From: a virus
Taxonomy: Duplodnaviria > Caudoviricetes
IMG/VR virus record: IMGVR_UViG_3300030376_003062
Location: 1-25,158 of that record
Strand: one strand, 5' to 3'
Length of the DNA: 25,158 bases
Both the position numbers and the translations under genes were made by a program. The notes under the pieces were generated by a model. The model was not told the DNA's origin. It searched no databases and worked only from the letters and a program-made list of their open reading frames with translations. Of this stretch, positions 10,501-17,545 are shown in pieces. Numbering within the stretch: the first letter of the stretch is position 1; the number at the start of each line of letters is the position of its first letter.

Positions 10501-11503
10501 AAAATCTTGGGAATATTTTTTCGAATAAAGGATCTCTATCCCCCGGTAACGCAGATCGCGTGCTAACTGTTAGTTGCTTAAGAGGTGATTTTTTTATTAC
10601 AGTAATATGTTCTTCCGCTATTTCTTCTTCTCTATCAAACGTTAAGATATCTCCTGGGTACAAATGCCCTGCCCCTGTAAACACATCGGTACTTAACGAA
10701 ACCGTATTCCCAACTATCTTCTTAATCTTTTTACCATACTCAGAGACACTAAACATGTAAACGTTTCCATCACTTATCCTTGTCCATTTCACCAACCTAT
10801 CTCCTATTCTTAAATCGTTAGCGTTTTCAAGATGAAGATCATAAGTACCGTTGAAATTGTTATTTATCCAAGGGTGAGGATATGGAGGGTTCCCCCAATA
10901 CCCATTAGCTCCACTCCATGACTTTCCCTGAAAATCCATATCTGACACAACCTCTATTCTTTCGGTTTGAATAGCGTCGTCTACAATAAGTTTAGTATGG
11001 TGGGGAAGAGGGTTTGAATTTAGAGTTGTAAATTCATCTGAATTACCTTTTTTACATCTATCGATGTTGATTCTACGTGGTTCGTTTATGTTATCTGTCC
11101 ATAATAATAAATCGTCAATTACGTTTATACCAGTAATAATATTATCGCTAAACTTTAAAACAGCGTCATCAGTATTAGCTTTAGTATCTATAAGTACGGG
11201 TACTACTACGTTTTTATCTGAACACTCTAAAATAGCTTCAATAAAATCACTTTTTACAAACCAGTAAAATTTATTATTCTTCTCATCCGCGACGCTTCCT
11301 ACACATTGAAAAGCTCCACTACTCGAAACTACTTCTTCTATAGAGCTATTACCCAATATATTTTGCACGGTCCCAACATCTGCTCCATCAGAAGTTGAAA
11401 CCTGTACGTTCACCGCGTGTTTATATTGTCCGCTTGGAATAATTCTTTCATCAAGGTCTTTGTTCATTTTCCCTTGAGTGAAAGTATTTTTAATCTCTGG
11501 CAT
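1580..11503 (-). CDS. Giant tail stabilisation protein (P22 gp10 / T7 gp12 nozzle / crAss muzzle-like) with multiple inserted domains
   Basis: 3307-aa uninterrupted ORF. Blocks recognised by recall from Bacteroidota podovirus stabilisation proteins: FTQGKMNKDLDERIIP, FPRFSYRYKYADGEYS, RNYQLGVVYGDKYGRETPV, GNGIESNRIRDDFN, YFTDKQRGAVLRLSMDGLTPIS, KGWVSFKSFIPE, FVEKEGKWFNYI. It follows two ring/adaptor genes. Confidence 0.8.
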   Translation of the reverse strand: MPEIKNTFTQGKMNKDLDERIIPSGQYKHAVNVQVSTSDGADVGTVQNILGNSSIEEVVSSSGAFQCVGSVADEKNNKFYWFVKSDFIEAILECSDKNVVVPVLIDTKANTDDAVLKFSDNIITGINVIDDLLLWTDNINEPRRINIDRCKKGNSDEFTTLNSNPLPHHTKLIVDDAIQTERIEVVSDMDFQGKSWSGANGYWGNPPYPHPWINNNFNGTYDLHLENANDLRIGDRLVKWTRISDGNVYMFSVSEYGKKIKKIVGNTVSLSTDVFTGAGHLYPGDILTFDREEEIAEEHITVIKKSPLKQLTVSTRSALPGDRDPLFEKIFPRFSYRYKYADGEYSTFAPFTDVVFNSLYSENQDGFSYDEKTAYNTKEPYNAGMRNMIRSVILEDFTSPETPKDVVQIDILYKQEDSTVIYLLDTVKRADDEWDLAGSQFNSRYKGRFEVLSENIHAALPSNQLLRPWDNVPRKALAQEVTGNRVVYGNYLQNYTNDIPPVIQSSFEERFDYSLELLQPVYSSNLLLNGNFQNHDKGSGFASSGFLAPDNWVLDDGMSYIHASSENRSVRIKNAPQGAILSQPIATELSLGVKYKISFKLYGENKISPLGKNPGELEGKLVDTSGNFIEFSGVKAPYAPATIEGVPTTEKKANKPKIFQFEATLKDKGTNRETDNLSSFYIKVSKDPNANVSFQPFEGIISDVVVQALDLDRSRRSFSFGGFPSIKSQRNYQLGVVYGDKYGRETPVFTSSDSSIKIPWETNSLGKLASRSLQLKTDLISPHPEWAHYYKFYVKETSGEYYNLIMDAIYKVTKDDIDKDDHVWISFPSSDRNKISEDDYIILKKKADESTQVQQENKFRVLDVKNEAPDAIKYRYIKLGEIANAPGSDGNSNSILNDDITGVFYLPEGRPIITGTNKFPRELIIRKGDWEENGGQELVNKFDQPDLYFSFTKTTADVGDPDGGSNQQTSKKYKVAAIRENDSKDYVITLNDSISEQDSDLIVDPNDATLIGPDIVIRFEKKITKALETFSGRFFVKILSTNQTKNSLESSNVLDLLLNTVVKVQRSVRWLSDVHASGSFVSDDGLTNQQAFVDPGDGVVNSGTDRANEITDHTGGNISNTVGDWQVMLDSKTHNGCFIDNMYFASAQLDPSNYARSSGQGYKGGTPNVPGDISRGIVNTDTTESIKIGSDPIYDPNLDQTFDVTYSYDETNYSADFESSFFDDDYRLYRPYKWGKYNVESAIAFPKFNHNKPQEPSNGENLVNGIDGFVETNASHVSQNGIRKWRRSVHDDNESPDGTYGGETGKNFLHLSFLGPGLDLHDGTLPPNLSYSAAANEGNALCENLQAIWGGGVFTKEDGTPIGTQAVLDAEIANNQVTTVAQQNIILSTGVSVNVQAQTQSKFDIAGDVGNNYAVFMEGDPLERSQPEDPLQQNQITHPKLSNHTETSYLGYDKGEQLSTTYEKLHEVQWRADIQGEMRNSNGAIADFISQIESYGSFIFKNDPNKEIYTIKKWSKKKLYNHTPWRRTYKWKNGELIDDGTSVETAVMNWALSRNDVDGSDTAPMTTTEGFIMQNKLQEFGGRNNRRVCYVIELDKDVTTKTYNPVDGTTLDANSFDNIQFIEKDYDLGSKEIAQNPAIWETEPKDNVDLDIYYETGQAFPVKITQKTQELFAPIGCEVKFIENKNATQGGLYANSNLETSIYLSSWIGPNEFTLSQDINGNQTQPIVDAAVVSQTSADPASFIGKRVRFVRKDGEFTTGVITSVADNSINTDSSTFAKLDSITIRPEPGVQTGLGWYNGITFGNGIESNRIRDDFNAMTIANGVKASMTLDTDYKEEERKSGLIYSGIYNSTNGVNNLNQFIMAEKITKDLNPTYGSIQKLFSRRISLVSFCEDRVVEITANKNALYNADGSPQLVASDSVLGDANPFVGDYGISKNPESFAKESYRAYFTDKQRGAVLRLSMDGLTPISDAGMHDYFRDNLKTANRLIGTYDAHKKDYNLTLSDFLPDNVIFNGFLDVGESAIEYFNLRNFVKNGNLTNGIPGNTPSLPDNFALSPDLGSDTIITNHAEIPMGSLQSQLLGQTKRRWQYTWLPLHPSPATIVTPIIGNFDRIYKVDWTNSSPLEQNPFGAPQLSGNTSNWLFSTSGLNIHTVPSAIDSNGRTVLQGGDGFNGTGTSISQNQGAVPWVGQTIGGLSVNTVVPNRLDWGPSPDYGPILKKKDTSVWADMSGQTNSLYSFVPAANSPGFESVMDHVPTPDALLDALNPPSNFLSINNSTLFHGEEIRVVMTVEVDTSSGLFWGSGDKPELKVELYGQQPGSPQETLIPDNYINSDITAASDGFLATYYNQTHTPTTGYGSNPTIQPIGIGTDPKGFVDSNTFSWANLTQGLHVLEFYLRLDGELDNHYVNLPSPGLGIPGEHEMRRYITKYLNIRLSKVDTGAHNSIHIRSLEITKLRQLTDTGSITTYPSLPNIPPVVIPEWVEVEHQGTSSWTQTAGPSANAVLNAASVDEFGVSSGIPTYVPDPNATSGAETPLGFNAPPLWDQYLAGTSNTISPNTTVVYNDGSNAPDMWENGSYHTDDEIEIKGFCKLTQDLSSFGGANNPFINGHWYEILIHDVNGATSTASTGGVDGVIVVRDVIDPALAVYGAPAPEGHVGTPSLGSSAGGLKLEYFEYSSSNSAVGIVQPNGVTIGQKFQRGIWKHDNNSSNDNVVLHFHSFIGTIGAIEIRDITDKYSTGSFDNWAFAPRKDQNGTPFNNQLHLYHYMNPGNSSSGGTAFSFIPFPGSMYPNYIPWNSNQVYNKNGKAVFENAVQGNHLVQSFSNITTAATGQNIHQTRAEDINASPSVTEDGYELKFVVSNVYPGSSLSGYVMGAKGAVTAGEAIGVKFEGINYHGHYMAKFNMDGTFESFEHYTDSTYKTVSNQTIGQSISTKGPVTNSYGSMNKIVFNVPPGGSFSGSIDNISLKDATNYFQASTSLGWTFHGYDQLLENYINFDEYNRNVVFTDVPGFVSNAAYLQNLFGSSGDSIVGLQQSIPNHNFKEGDTVNLKFNISNATSGDFHCYFITSDNVGFSHSFANVNGEFNETFTIGAFASTSLAALPRDTFVINVVSDQLSSILDNFTLNKVNIDFTPSTITYSEDVKGWVSFKSFIPESGVSLSKDYFTIKDGKPWKHHYNEVRNKFYGEDMVPSTITAVLNSEPSLIKIFNTLGYEGSQSKVDLWTTDTDTGLSNVETYNLSAKDGWAVDSITTDKQTGSVKEFVEKEGKWFNYIRGTENEIPKSSDFSFQGLGRIESIVHLQSKSSLNL

Positions 11504-11506
11504 ATA

Positions 11507-13108
11507 TTAGTGTTTTATATGTTTCGATTTACCTCTTAATATTTGAGTTAATTCTTCTATTTTAATATTTGACAATCTTAATTTAGCTTGTCTTATTGCT
11601 GCTATTTTTTCTTTTTTAAGTCTAGGAACTAATTGTTGGGTTTGGATACGACCAGCTGCAACAGCGTGTAATATCCATCTGTACATAGCTTCTTCCGCAA
11701 ATTTATGCACTTGCATTTCTCCATCTGTTCCAAGACTATCGCTTATATAATCTAAGATCACAGTTTTTCCTGAAATATTAGAACTAAAATTAATTAATCC
11801 TCTCAAATTGTCTATATAAAACGAACCGTTGACTTGCGCGTGTTGCGGGTCTAATCCGTATCTTTGCCCCTTGTTTAAATCATAAATATCAGTATCATAA
11901 TCATAATCTTGATTTGTATTTTCAGATGGAGAGTTTGATTTATAATTTGTCCAAGTTGTAGAATCTCCACCTGATTGCAATTTATAAGCATCTGTTTCAT
12001 AAAACACTTCAACGTCATCTATAGCGTTAATACCAAACGTAGCGTTGGGTACAGCAACTGTGGTTCTGTGTAGGGTTGCGCTAGAATCGATGGTACCACC
12101 ACTACTAACGATAAGTAAGTCAACTGTTGTTAAATTACTCACGTCAATATTTTCTAGAAACGTAGCCGCAGATAACGTATCGTCACCAGCGTTAAACTCT
12201 ATGTAATTTGTTCCACCACCTATTTTTAGCACATCAAATATATCTGTATCCATGTTTTTACTCTGCTTAACAAGAGACATCGCGTCGTCTGAATTGGGAT
12301 TGGTCATTCTTGGATTATATCCGTTTACGTTCCCGTATGTTTGGTTATTCCAATCTTGTGCGTCTAAATCTATTTGTGTAGAAAATCCAACCCTAACGAT
12401 ACCTGCGGTTTTACCTGTTTTAGCAGCCGAAGATAATCCCTTAGCAGAAACGCTTATTTCATCTATTCCAGTTACATCTATTGTTTGCCATAACGCAAAG
12501 TGTCTTGTGGTTAATCCGCTCGAGAGAGTTCTAGCTATATGCTTCCATTCGAATCTTGAGTTTCTTCTACCTTGAAAAGTATTGTTTTCAGGTACTCCTA
12601 AATTTGTACCTTGAGCTGAACCGTGTAGCGGCGAGTGTACCCAGGTACTATTGACGTTACCTAGAGAAGTTCCAAAGTCACCATTTGTAAATAAATCACC
12701 TATAGCAGCGGTTTTAAGGAAATCATAACTACCGTCGTCTTCTTGCGATATTTTAAATGGATTTTGAGTATCTCTAGTTGGATAAATAGGATGTTTAATA
12801 CCAGCTGAATCACTCCACATAACTCTAGTGTAATTAACGTAATCATGTGGTAGTATCATTGTATTAGAAGGCGGAAGAACTATTTCTTGAGATTTAATAG
12901 ATTTAAACGTATCAAAAGATAATTCTTGCATTGCTCTTTGCGCGTGAAAAGCTACATCTGTTCTACTTACCTTATTTATTATTTTTTCTTCACCAACGTA
13001 AGCAACTAAAAACGCGTCTATAATATTTTCAAGTGATGTAAATTGATAGTCACCGTATTGATCTGGATGATTATAATAAGATCTTTCTGATTTGTGTAAT
13101 AATCCCAT
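11507..13108 (-). CDS. Tail ring / tubular protein with a central CBM-like insertion
   Basis: 533 aa. Helical N-terminus (DVAFHAQRAMQEL) followed by the LPxD[YFC] motif (ILPHDYVNY) typical of gatekeeper/ring proteins, then a helical C-terminus. Lies between the adaptor and stabilisation genes. Confidence 0.7.
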   Translation of the reverse strand: MGLLHKSERSYYNHPDQYGDYQFTSLENIIDAFLVAYVGEEKIINKVSRTDVAFHAQRAMQELSFDTFKSIKSQEIVLPPSNTMILPHDYVNYTRVMWSDSAGIKHPIYPTRDTQNPFKISQEDDGSYDFLKTAAIGDLFTNGDFGTSLGNVNSTWVHSPLHGSAQGTNLGVPENNTFQGRRNSRFEWKHIARTLSSGLTTRHFALWQTIDVTGIDEISVSAKGLSSAAKTGKTAGIVRVGFSTQIDLDAQDWNNQTYGNVNGYNPRMTNPNSDDAMSLVKQSKNMDTDIFDVLKIGGGTNYIEFNAGDDTLSAATFLENIDVSNLTTVDLLIVSSGGTIDSSATLHRTTVAVPNATFGINAIDDVEVFYETDAYKLQSGGDSTTWTNYKSNSPSENTNQDYDYDTDIYDLNKGQRYGLDPQHAQVNGSFYIDNLRGLINFSSNISGKTVILDYISDSLGTDGEMQVHKFAEEAMYRWILHAVAAGRIQTQQLVPRLKKEKIAAIRQAKLRLSNIKIEELTQILRGKSKHIKH

Positions 13109-13112
13109 TTAT

Positions 13113-13871
13113 TTATTGTTTTTCTTGTTGAATACTTTTATTTTCTTCTGCCGTAGCTGCTTGGTATAAAGTAGGATCTTTTAGCGTTATACCCGCTAGC
13201 GCTAATATTTTTACAACTAACTTTGTTTCCTCTGACGCATGTAAATCAAAATTTGCGTGGTCACCCGCAGATAGATTATACATAGCTTTATCTCCAACTA
13301 TCACGTAAGTCCAATTAGCTTTATTTGGTTTTCTAATATACCCTAAACTAACTACAGTTTCTATAAATCCGGGGGTTTCTGCGTTAGGATACATAATAAT
13401 TCTTCTATCTTTTTGGTAGTATGCTGGTCTAGATAGCGTCGGCGTGGTCAATGGAGATAATCTCACTAAATTAATTTGCTTATACGTCATCCTCTCTACC
13501 TCTTGCCGTATGTTTCCTAACTTAGGATCTTTACGCACATATCTAACTTCGCTTATTTTATAGCAATCAGATGGTATATTAAATTGGTTCTTTTTTCCAG
13601 GATTAGTTGGGGTACCTAAGTTAATCGCTGTTAATCCAGCTGTTTTAAAATACACGTCTATCTTTTCTTCTAACAACGTAGATATATCCGCGTATGAATT
13701 ATTGTTACCCGGTATTCTCTCACGTTGATTTATATCGTAAAAGTATTGCTCAAATATATCCATCTGAGCTTGGTTGGCAAATAAGTTAAACTCCTGAGGA
13801 GTTATATATCCTCTTTGTTCTTTATTAGCAAGAGCTAAAACTCTTTGATATACCGTATCTATATTTACCAT
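13113..13871 (-). CDS. Head-tail adaptor / tail ring protein
   Basis: 252 aa. N-terminal NKEQRGYITPQEFNLFANQAQMDIF, internal IPSDCY (LPxD-like) and YIRKP...W motifs resemble ring proteins of crAss-like and related podoviruses (recall). Confidence 0.7.
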   Translation of the reverse strand: MVNIDTVYQRVLALANKEQRGYITPQEFNLFANQAQMDIFEQYFYDINQRERIPGNNNSYADISTLLEEKIDVYFKTAGLTAINLGTPTNPGKKNQFNIPSDCYKISEVRYVRKDPKLGNIRQEVERMTYKQINLVRLSPLTTPTLSRPAYYQKDRRIIMYPNAETPGFIETVVSLGYIRKPNKANWTYVIVGDKAMYNLSAGDHANFDLHASEETKLVVKILALAGITLKDPTLYQAATAEENKSIQQEKQ

Positions 13872-13886
13872 AATTTCTTTTTAATT

Positions 13887-13924
13887 TGTAGTTTACGATC
13901 GCCCCGTAGGGCGACCGCTCTACA
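13887..13924 (-). promoter_or_regulatory. Stable intergenic RNA hairpin with C(UACG)G tetraloop and no U-tract
   Basis: Minus strand reads UGUAG-A-GCGGUCGCCC-UACG-GGGCGAUCGU-AAA-CUACA. This is a 10-bp inner stem (two G-U pairs), a 1x3 internal loop and a 5-bp outer stem, forming a GC-rich island in an AT-rich spacer. Confidence 0.75.
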
Positions 13925-13930
13925 GTTTGA

Positions 13931-14752
13931 TTAATTATTTAATCGTTTTTCTATATTGGAGTAAATCTCCATTCCTTCATCAGTTTTAAACCAAGCGGCT
14001 AAAGCTGAGTATGGATGTTCGTCAAATGGAACTGTCATTAGTTTTCTATCATTAGATCCCCAAGTAAAAGTTCTTTGATCAGAAGATAATTTTAATATCC
14101 CCATTTCTGTTGCTCTAATACCAAAGTTTCTTAACACAACATTCTCATCGTTAACTAACTCTAAGAATAAACCTGGATTTTTCTTAGCATATAATAGTAA
14201 ATCTCTTTTAAGTTCCTTAGAACTCATCTCTGTTACTCTAGAACCAATCTCTACTCGCATAACCGCTTCAGCCATATCAATGTCTAGATTTTGAGCGGCG
14301 TTCAGTGCCTCGATTTCTAACTCTATGTTATCAAGTTCGTTTTCAGCTTTCTTTACTTCGTTGACCTCGTAGAATAATTTGTTTCTGTGTGGGTGGTAAA
14401 GTGATAGTAATTTTTGTAAAACTGTTTTATTTTTAGGTACAGCTAAAGTTCCGTTTCTAAAAATAATATGTTCTAATCTTTGATCCCCCTTCATTTCATC
14501 CACAAAGGGAGTTGTTTGATTTTTGGTATACTTTAATTCTCTTTCGTATCCTAGTTTTTCATCAAAATGATAAATATCCGCGGATTTTATTGAAGAACTA
14601 AGAGGTGATTTTCCATTACTTAAAACGTAAATCCTATCTTTAATCTCCCAACTAGGTTTTTTTGGTTCAACTTTTTTAGGTTTTTGTGTTTCAACAATTG
14701 GTGTCTCAACAACAGGTACCTCTACCTTTTCTGTTTTTTGTTTTTTTGCCAT
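13931..14752 (-). CDS. Hypothetical phage protein (head module, downstream of MCP)
   Basis: 273-aa ORF with a Lys/Pro/Glu-rich disordered N-terminus, a central coiled coil (EVKKAENELDNIELEIEALNAA) and a helical C-terminus. Function not recognised. Confidence 0.85.
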   Translation of the reverse strand: MAKKQKTEKVEVPVVETPIVETQKPKKVEPKKPSWEIKDRIYVLSNGKSPLSSSIKSADIYHFDEKLGYERELKYTKNQTTPFVDEMKGDQRLEHIIFRNGTLAVPKNKTVLQKLLSLYHPHRNKLFYEVNEVKKAENELDNIELEIEALNAAQNLDIDMAEAVMRVEIGSRVTEMSSKELKRDLLLYAKKNPGLFLELVNDENVVLRNFGIRATEMGILKLSSDQRTFTWGSNDRKLMTVPFDEHPYSALAAWFKTDEGMEIYSNIEKRLNN

Positions 14753-14763
14753 AATATAATATA
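14742..14763 (-). repeat. Copy 2 of a 22-nt start-region repeat TATATTATATTATGGCAAAAAA
   Basis: Identical to 17505-17526 and spans the start codon of the 273-aa gene. Confidence 0.8.
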
Positions 14764-14776
14764 TAATAAAATTAAT

Positions 14777-14805
14777 AAAATAAAAAGCCGAGGCCGAAGC
14801 CCCGG
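14777..14805 (-). terminator. Rho-independent terminator after the major capsid gene
   Basis: Minus strand CCGGGGC-UUCG-GCCUCGG (7-bp stem with one G-U, cUUCGg tetraloop) followed by CUUUUUAUUUU, starting 17 nt after the MCP stop codon. Confidence 0.88.
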
Positions 14806-14822
14806 TCTTTTAATATGAATGC

Positions 14823-16313
14823 TTAGTTCATTAACATGAAGTTTCTTGCACCTTGTACAACTAAACATCTTTCAGATAAATAGTGTACGTTCATTGCGTC
14901 TAAGTCAGATGTAACAGCACCAACAGAACCAGTAACCCAAGTTTTAAGTTTTCTTGATTCAGTTTGTGAAGCTCTATATCTAACATGTAAGAAAGGACGT
15001 TTAAGATTCTTTCCTAATTGTTGATCGTAAACAGAAGATACACCAGCTGGGATCATAACCCCTCTAATTGCACCTACAGTGTTAACATCATTAATAAACC
15101 CTCTAGTAGAAGAATCATTTAAGTATTTCCAGTCAGACTTGTAGAAGTCATAAGAACCTCTTCTGAAACCAGAGAAACCTAAATTTAATGCCATGTCTTC
15201 AGAGTTGTTAAATACTCCGTAAGAAGTACCACCAGACCCATAAGAATTCATAGAAGCTAGCATATCATCAATAGCTAATGACATACCTCTATTAACAAAC
15301 ATCATGTTTTCTTCAATAGCACCTTGTTTATCAAACTCAGCTAAAATAGCATCAAATTCAGCTAAATCAGTCGCAGCATTGACACCAGTAATACCAGTTG
15401 AAGTGTTACCTCTATCTTCGATAGCAGCAAACAAACCTTCAGTACCAGTAATAGCACCACCATTAGGAGACACAGCACCTAAATCAGTAAGTCCATCACC
15501 AGCAGCTTTTTCTGATTCAATCATTGCCATCTCTAAATAGTCAGCAAAACGAGTTCTAGTGTCACCTTCAGCTTTTAAGTACCATAAGTAACCACCTTGA
15601 CCGTCTTCACCAGAAACCTCAACCCATCCAATAGCAGAAGCATCAGAACCTGATATTTCAAACATATCTTTTAAGATAATAGGCTTGTTGGTATAAGACT
15701 TGTGCTCTGGCATGTTACCAGTTTGTCTACCGTTGTCACCTTTAGCGTACTCAGAACCAAACACTAAACATTTAACGCCAGTAGCATTAGCAATAGTTGA
15801 AGCGGCAGTACCAGCGCCAACAAAGTGAGATTGTCCGTAAGGTTGTGCATTTACCGTACCGTCAGCATCTACTGAGGTAACATAAACTTTAAGCGTAGTG
15901 TCAGCATCAGCTAATAAACACATATCACCTTGTCTGATACCGTGTCCAAGTGGAGCAGCAGCAGGATAACCAGCAGCAGTTGCGATAGCAGTACCGTTAG
16001 CATCATGAGTTACGTCGAAAGTTAAACCATTTGTACCAGCAGTTGTTACTGTGTACGATAAGTGCAAGCGACCTTGTTCCGCCCAAACTACTTGGTCAGA
16101 TGACATCGCTTCTTCAGCACCTACTTGAGAAAGAAAACCTGAAACGCTTCTGTTTCCAAAAACTTCAGCTTCTTTTTCCATTAGGTCTGGTAAATATTGT
16201 TGAGCCCACCCAGCTGTACCAGACGCAGTAAAGTCAATATACGCGCTAGCTACAGTTGTTTTGCTCGGAGTCGGGGTGAATACACCATTACCCGACGGAG
16301 TTGTAATTGCCAT
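14823..16313 (-). CDS. Major capsid protein
   Basis: 496 aa, directly after the scaffold gene and followed by a terminator. Strong GCT/GGT/ACT codon bias is consistent with high expression. Motifs TEGLFAAIEDRGN, LNLGFSGFRRGSYDFYKSDWKYLND and HYLSERCLVVQGARNF fit HK97-fold capsids of this phage type (recall). Confidence 0.88.
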   Translation of the reverse strand: MAITTPSGNGVFTPTPSKTTVASAYIDFTASGTAGWAQQYLPDLMEKEAEVFGNRSVSGFLSQVGAEEAMSSDQVVWAEQGRLHLSYTVTTAGTNGLTFDVTHDANGTAIATAAGYPAAAPLGHGIRQGDMCLLADADTTLKVYVTSVDADGTVNAQPYGQSHFVGAGTAASTIANATGVKCLVFGSEYAKGDNGRQTGNMPEHKSYTNKPIILKDMFEISGSDASAIGWVEVSGEDGQGGYLWYLKAEGDTRTRFADYLEMAMIESEKAAGDGLTDLGAVSPNGGAITGTEGLFAAIEDRGNTSTGITGVNAATDLAEFDAILAEFDKQGAIEENMMFVNRGMSLAIDDMLASMNSYGSGGTSYGVFNNSEDMALNLGFSGFRRGSYDFYKSDWKYLNDSSTRGFINDVNTVGAIRGVMIPAGVSSVYDQQLGKNLKRPFLHVRYRASQTESRKLKTWVTGSVGAVTSDLDAMNVHYLSERCLVVQGARNFMLMN

Positions 16314-16333
16314 AATTTTTTAATTTTAAATTA

Positions 16334-17515
16334 TTATTTGTTTTTAATTTTGAATTTGAAATCATTAGAATTTTCACCAAGCACTTTAAACTTCATTCCA
16401 CCGGTATTAATCTCACCACTATGTTGCTGTCGTGGATCCATACTGATATTTTTAGATTTAGCTACGCTATTTTTTAAAGCGTCAGCCTTACCCTGTTCGT
16501 AAAAATGACTAGCAATTTTATCAGCATTCATAGCGGTATATAACGATTTGTGATAACCTTTAGCGTCTTCCATTTCATTATTTTTGTTCAAAAACTTTTT
16601 GACAAAATTATTAATATCGCTTTGTGTATCTTTTATCGTATTTGAGTCTTTAACATTAAATCTAAACTTCTTTTCTCCAACCTCGTATTCAAAACCTTTG
16701 AACTCTTTATTGAATAATTTATTAGTTTTATTTAAAAACGTACTTTTTTTCTTATCCGCTACTGCTTGCTGTTCCTTTGATTCCTTGTTGTATCTATTGA
16801 AGAAATCAACTGCTTTCTGTTGCTCACCCGTGAGCTTAGAACCATATTTGATATCTTCGTAATATTTGGACTTTGCACCGTCCAGGTGTTGCTTTGCTTG
16901 AGCAACTTGCTCCTTCAAAGCTAATTTCTTTCTTTTAACATCTCTTTCCTCATCTATATCTTCGTCAAAAGCGAAATAGTCTTCCATTAAGAAATCTATT
17001 TCCTCTGAATCTAAATGAGGTTTTGTTTGTTTGTAGTATTCTTTTAGTAGAGCGTTGTTGTCTAATTTAGAATAATCTTGATTTAGTTTAACGTAATCTT
17101 CTAAATCTCCACCGGTTTCTTCCATGAATTCCATTAGTTTTTGGATATTCTCAGGAATTGGTTTCCCCGTGGCCTCTGCTTCTGCAACTGCTTCTTCTAC
17201 TTGTTCTGTTAGTTCTTCAGTCTCTTCTTTGACTTTTTCATCAGTTATTTCTTCTACGACTGGAGTCTCTTGTGTTTCAGTTTCCGGTTGTACTTCTTCT
17301 TGTTCTTGTGTGGCGTCGGTGTCTTCAACGAGTTCAACCACTCCTCCGTCGTCAGTAACGTCTTCTTTAATTTCTTCATTCTCTTTTGGTTTTATTGGTT
17401 TACTTAAATCTACTTTAACAACATTATCGTCTTCAGTTTTCTTTAGATCGACTTTAGTTACGTTGTCTACTTTTTCTACAACTTCTTCAGTTGTTTCTTT
17501 TTTCTTTTTTGCCAT
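16334..17515 (-). CDS. Putative capsid scaffolding protein
   Basis: 393 aa, very acidic low-complexity N-terminus, coiled-coil middle and basic C-terminal tail. Located between portal and MCP. Confidence 0.75.
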   Translation of the reverse strand: MAKKKKETTEEVVEKVDNVTKVDLKKTEDDNVVKVDLSKPIKPKENEEIKEDVTDDGGVVELVEDTDATQEQEEVQPETETQETPVVEEITDEKVKEETEELTEQVEEAVAEAEATGKPIPENIQKLMEFMEETGGDLEDYVKLNQDYSKLDNNALLKEYYKQTKPHLDSEEIDFLMEDYFAFDEDIDEERDVKRKKLALKEQVAQAKQHLDGAKSKYYEDIKYGSKLTGEQQKAVDFFNRYNKESKEQQAVADKKKSTFLNKTNKLFNKEFKGFEYEVGEKKFRFNVKDSNTIKDTQSDINNFVKKFLNKNNEMEDAKGYHKSLYTAMNADKIASHFYEQGKADALKNSVAKSKNISMDPRQQHSGEINTGGMKFKVLGENSNDFKFKIKNK

Positions 17516-17526
17516 AATATAATATA
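17505..17526 (-). repeat. Copy 1 of a 22-nt start-region repeat TATATTATATTATGGCAAAAAA
   Basis: Identical to 14742-14763 and spans the start codon of the scaffold gene. Confidence 0.8.
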
Positions 17527-17545
17527 ATAATAATTAATAATCTTT

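Noticed and set aside
1580-13108. Diversity-generating retroelement target or template repeats
   Set aside because: No reverse transcriptase is in the window, and I saw no near-identical ~100-nt repeat pair by eye. A self dot-plot would be needed to exclude this fully.
16314-16360. Scaffold-MCP fusion by read-through or frameshift (AAAATTAAAAA occurs twice)
   Set aside because: The scaffold ends in tandem TAA TAA, the MCP is in a different frame, and the repeat is low-complexity.
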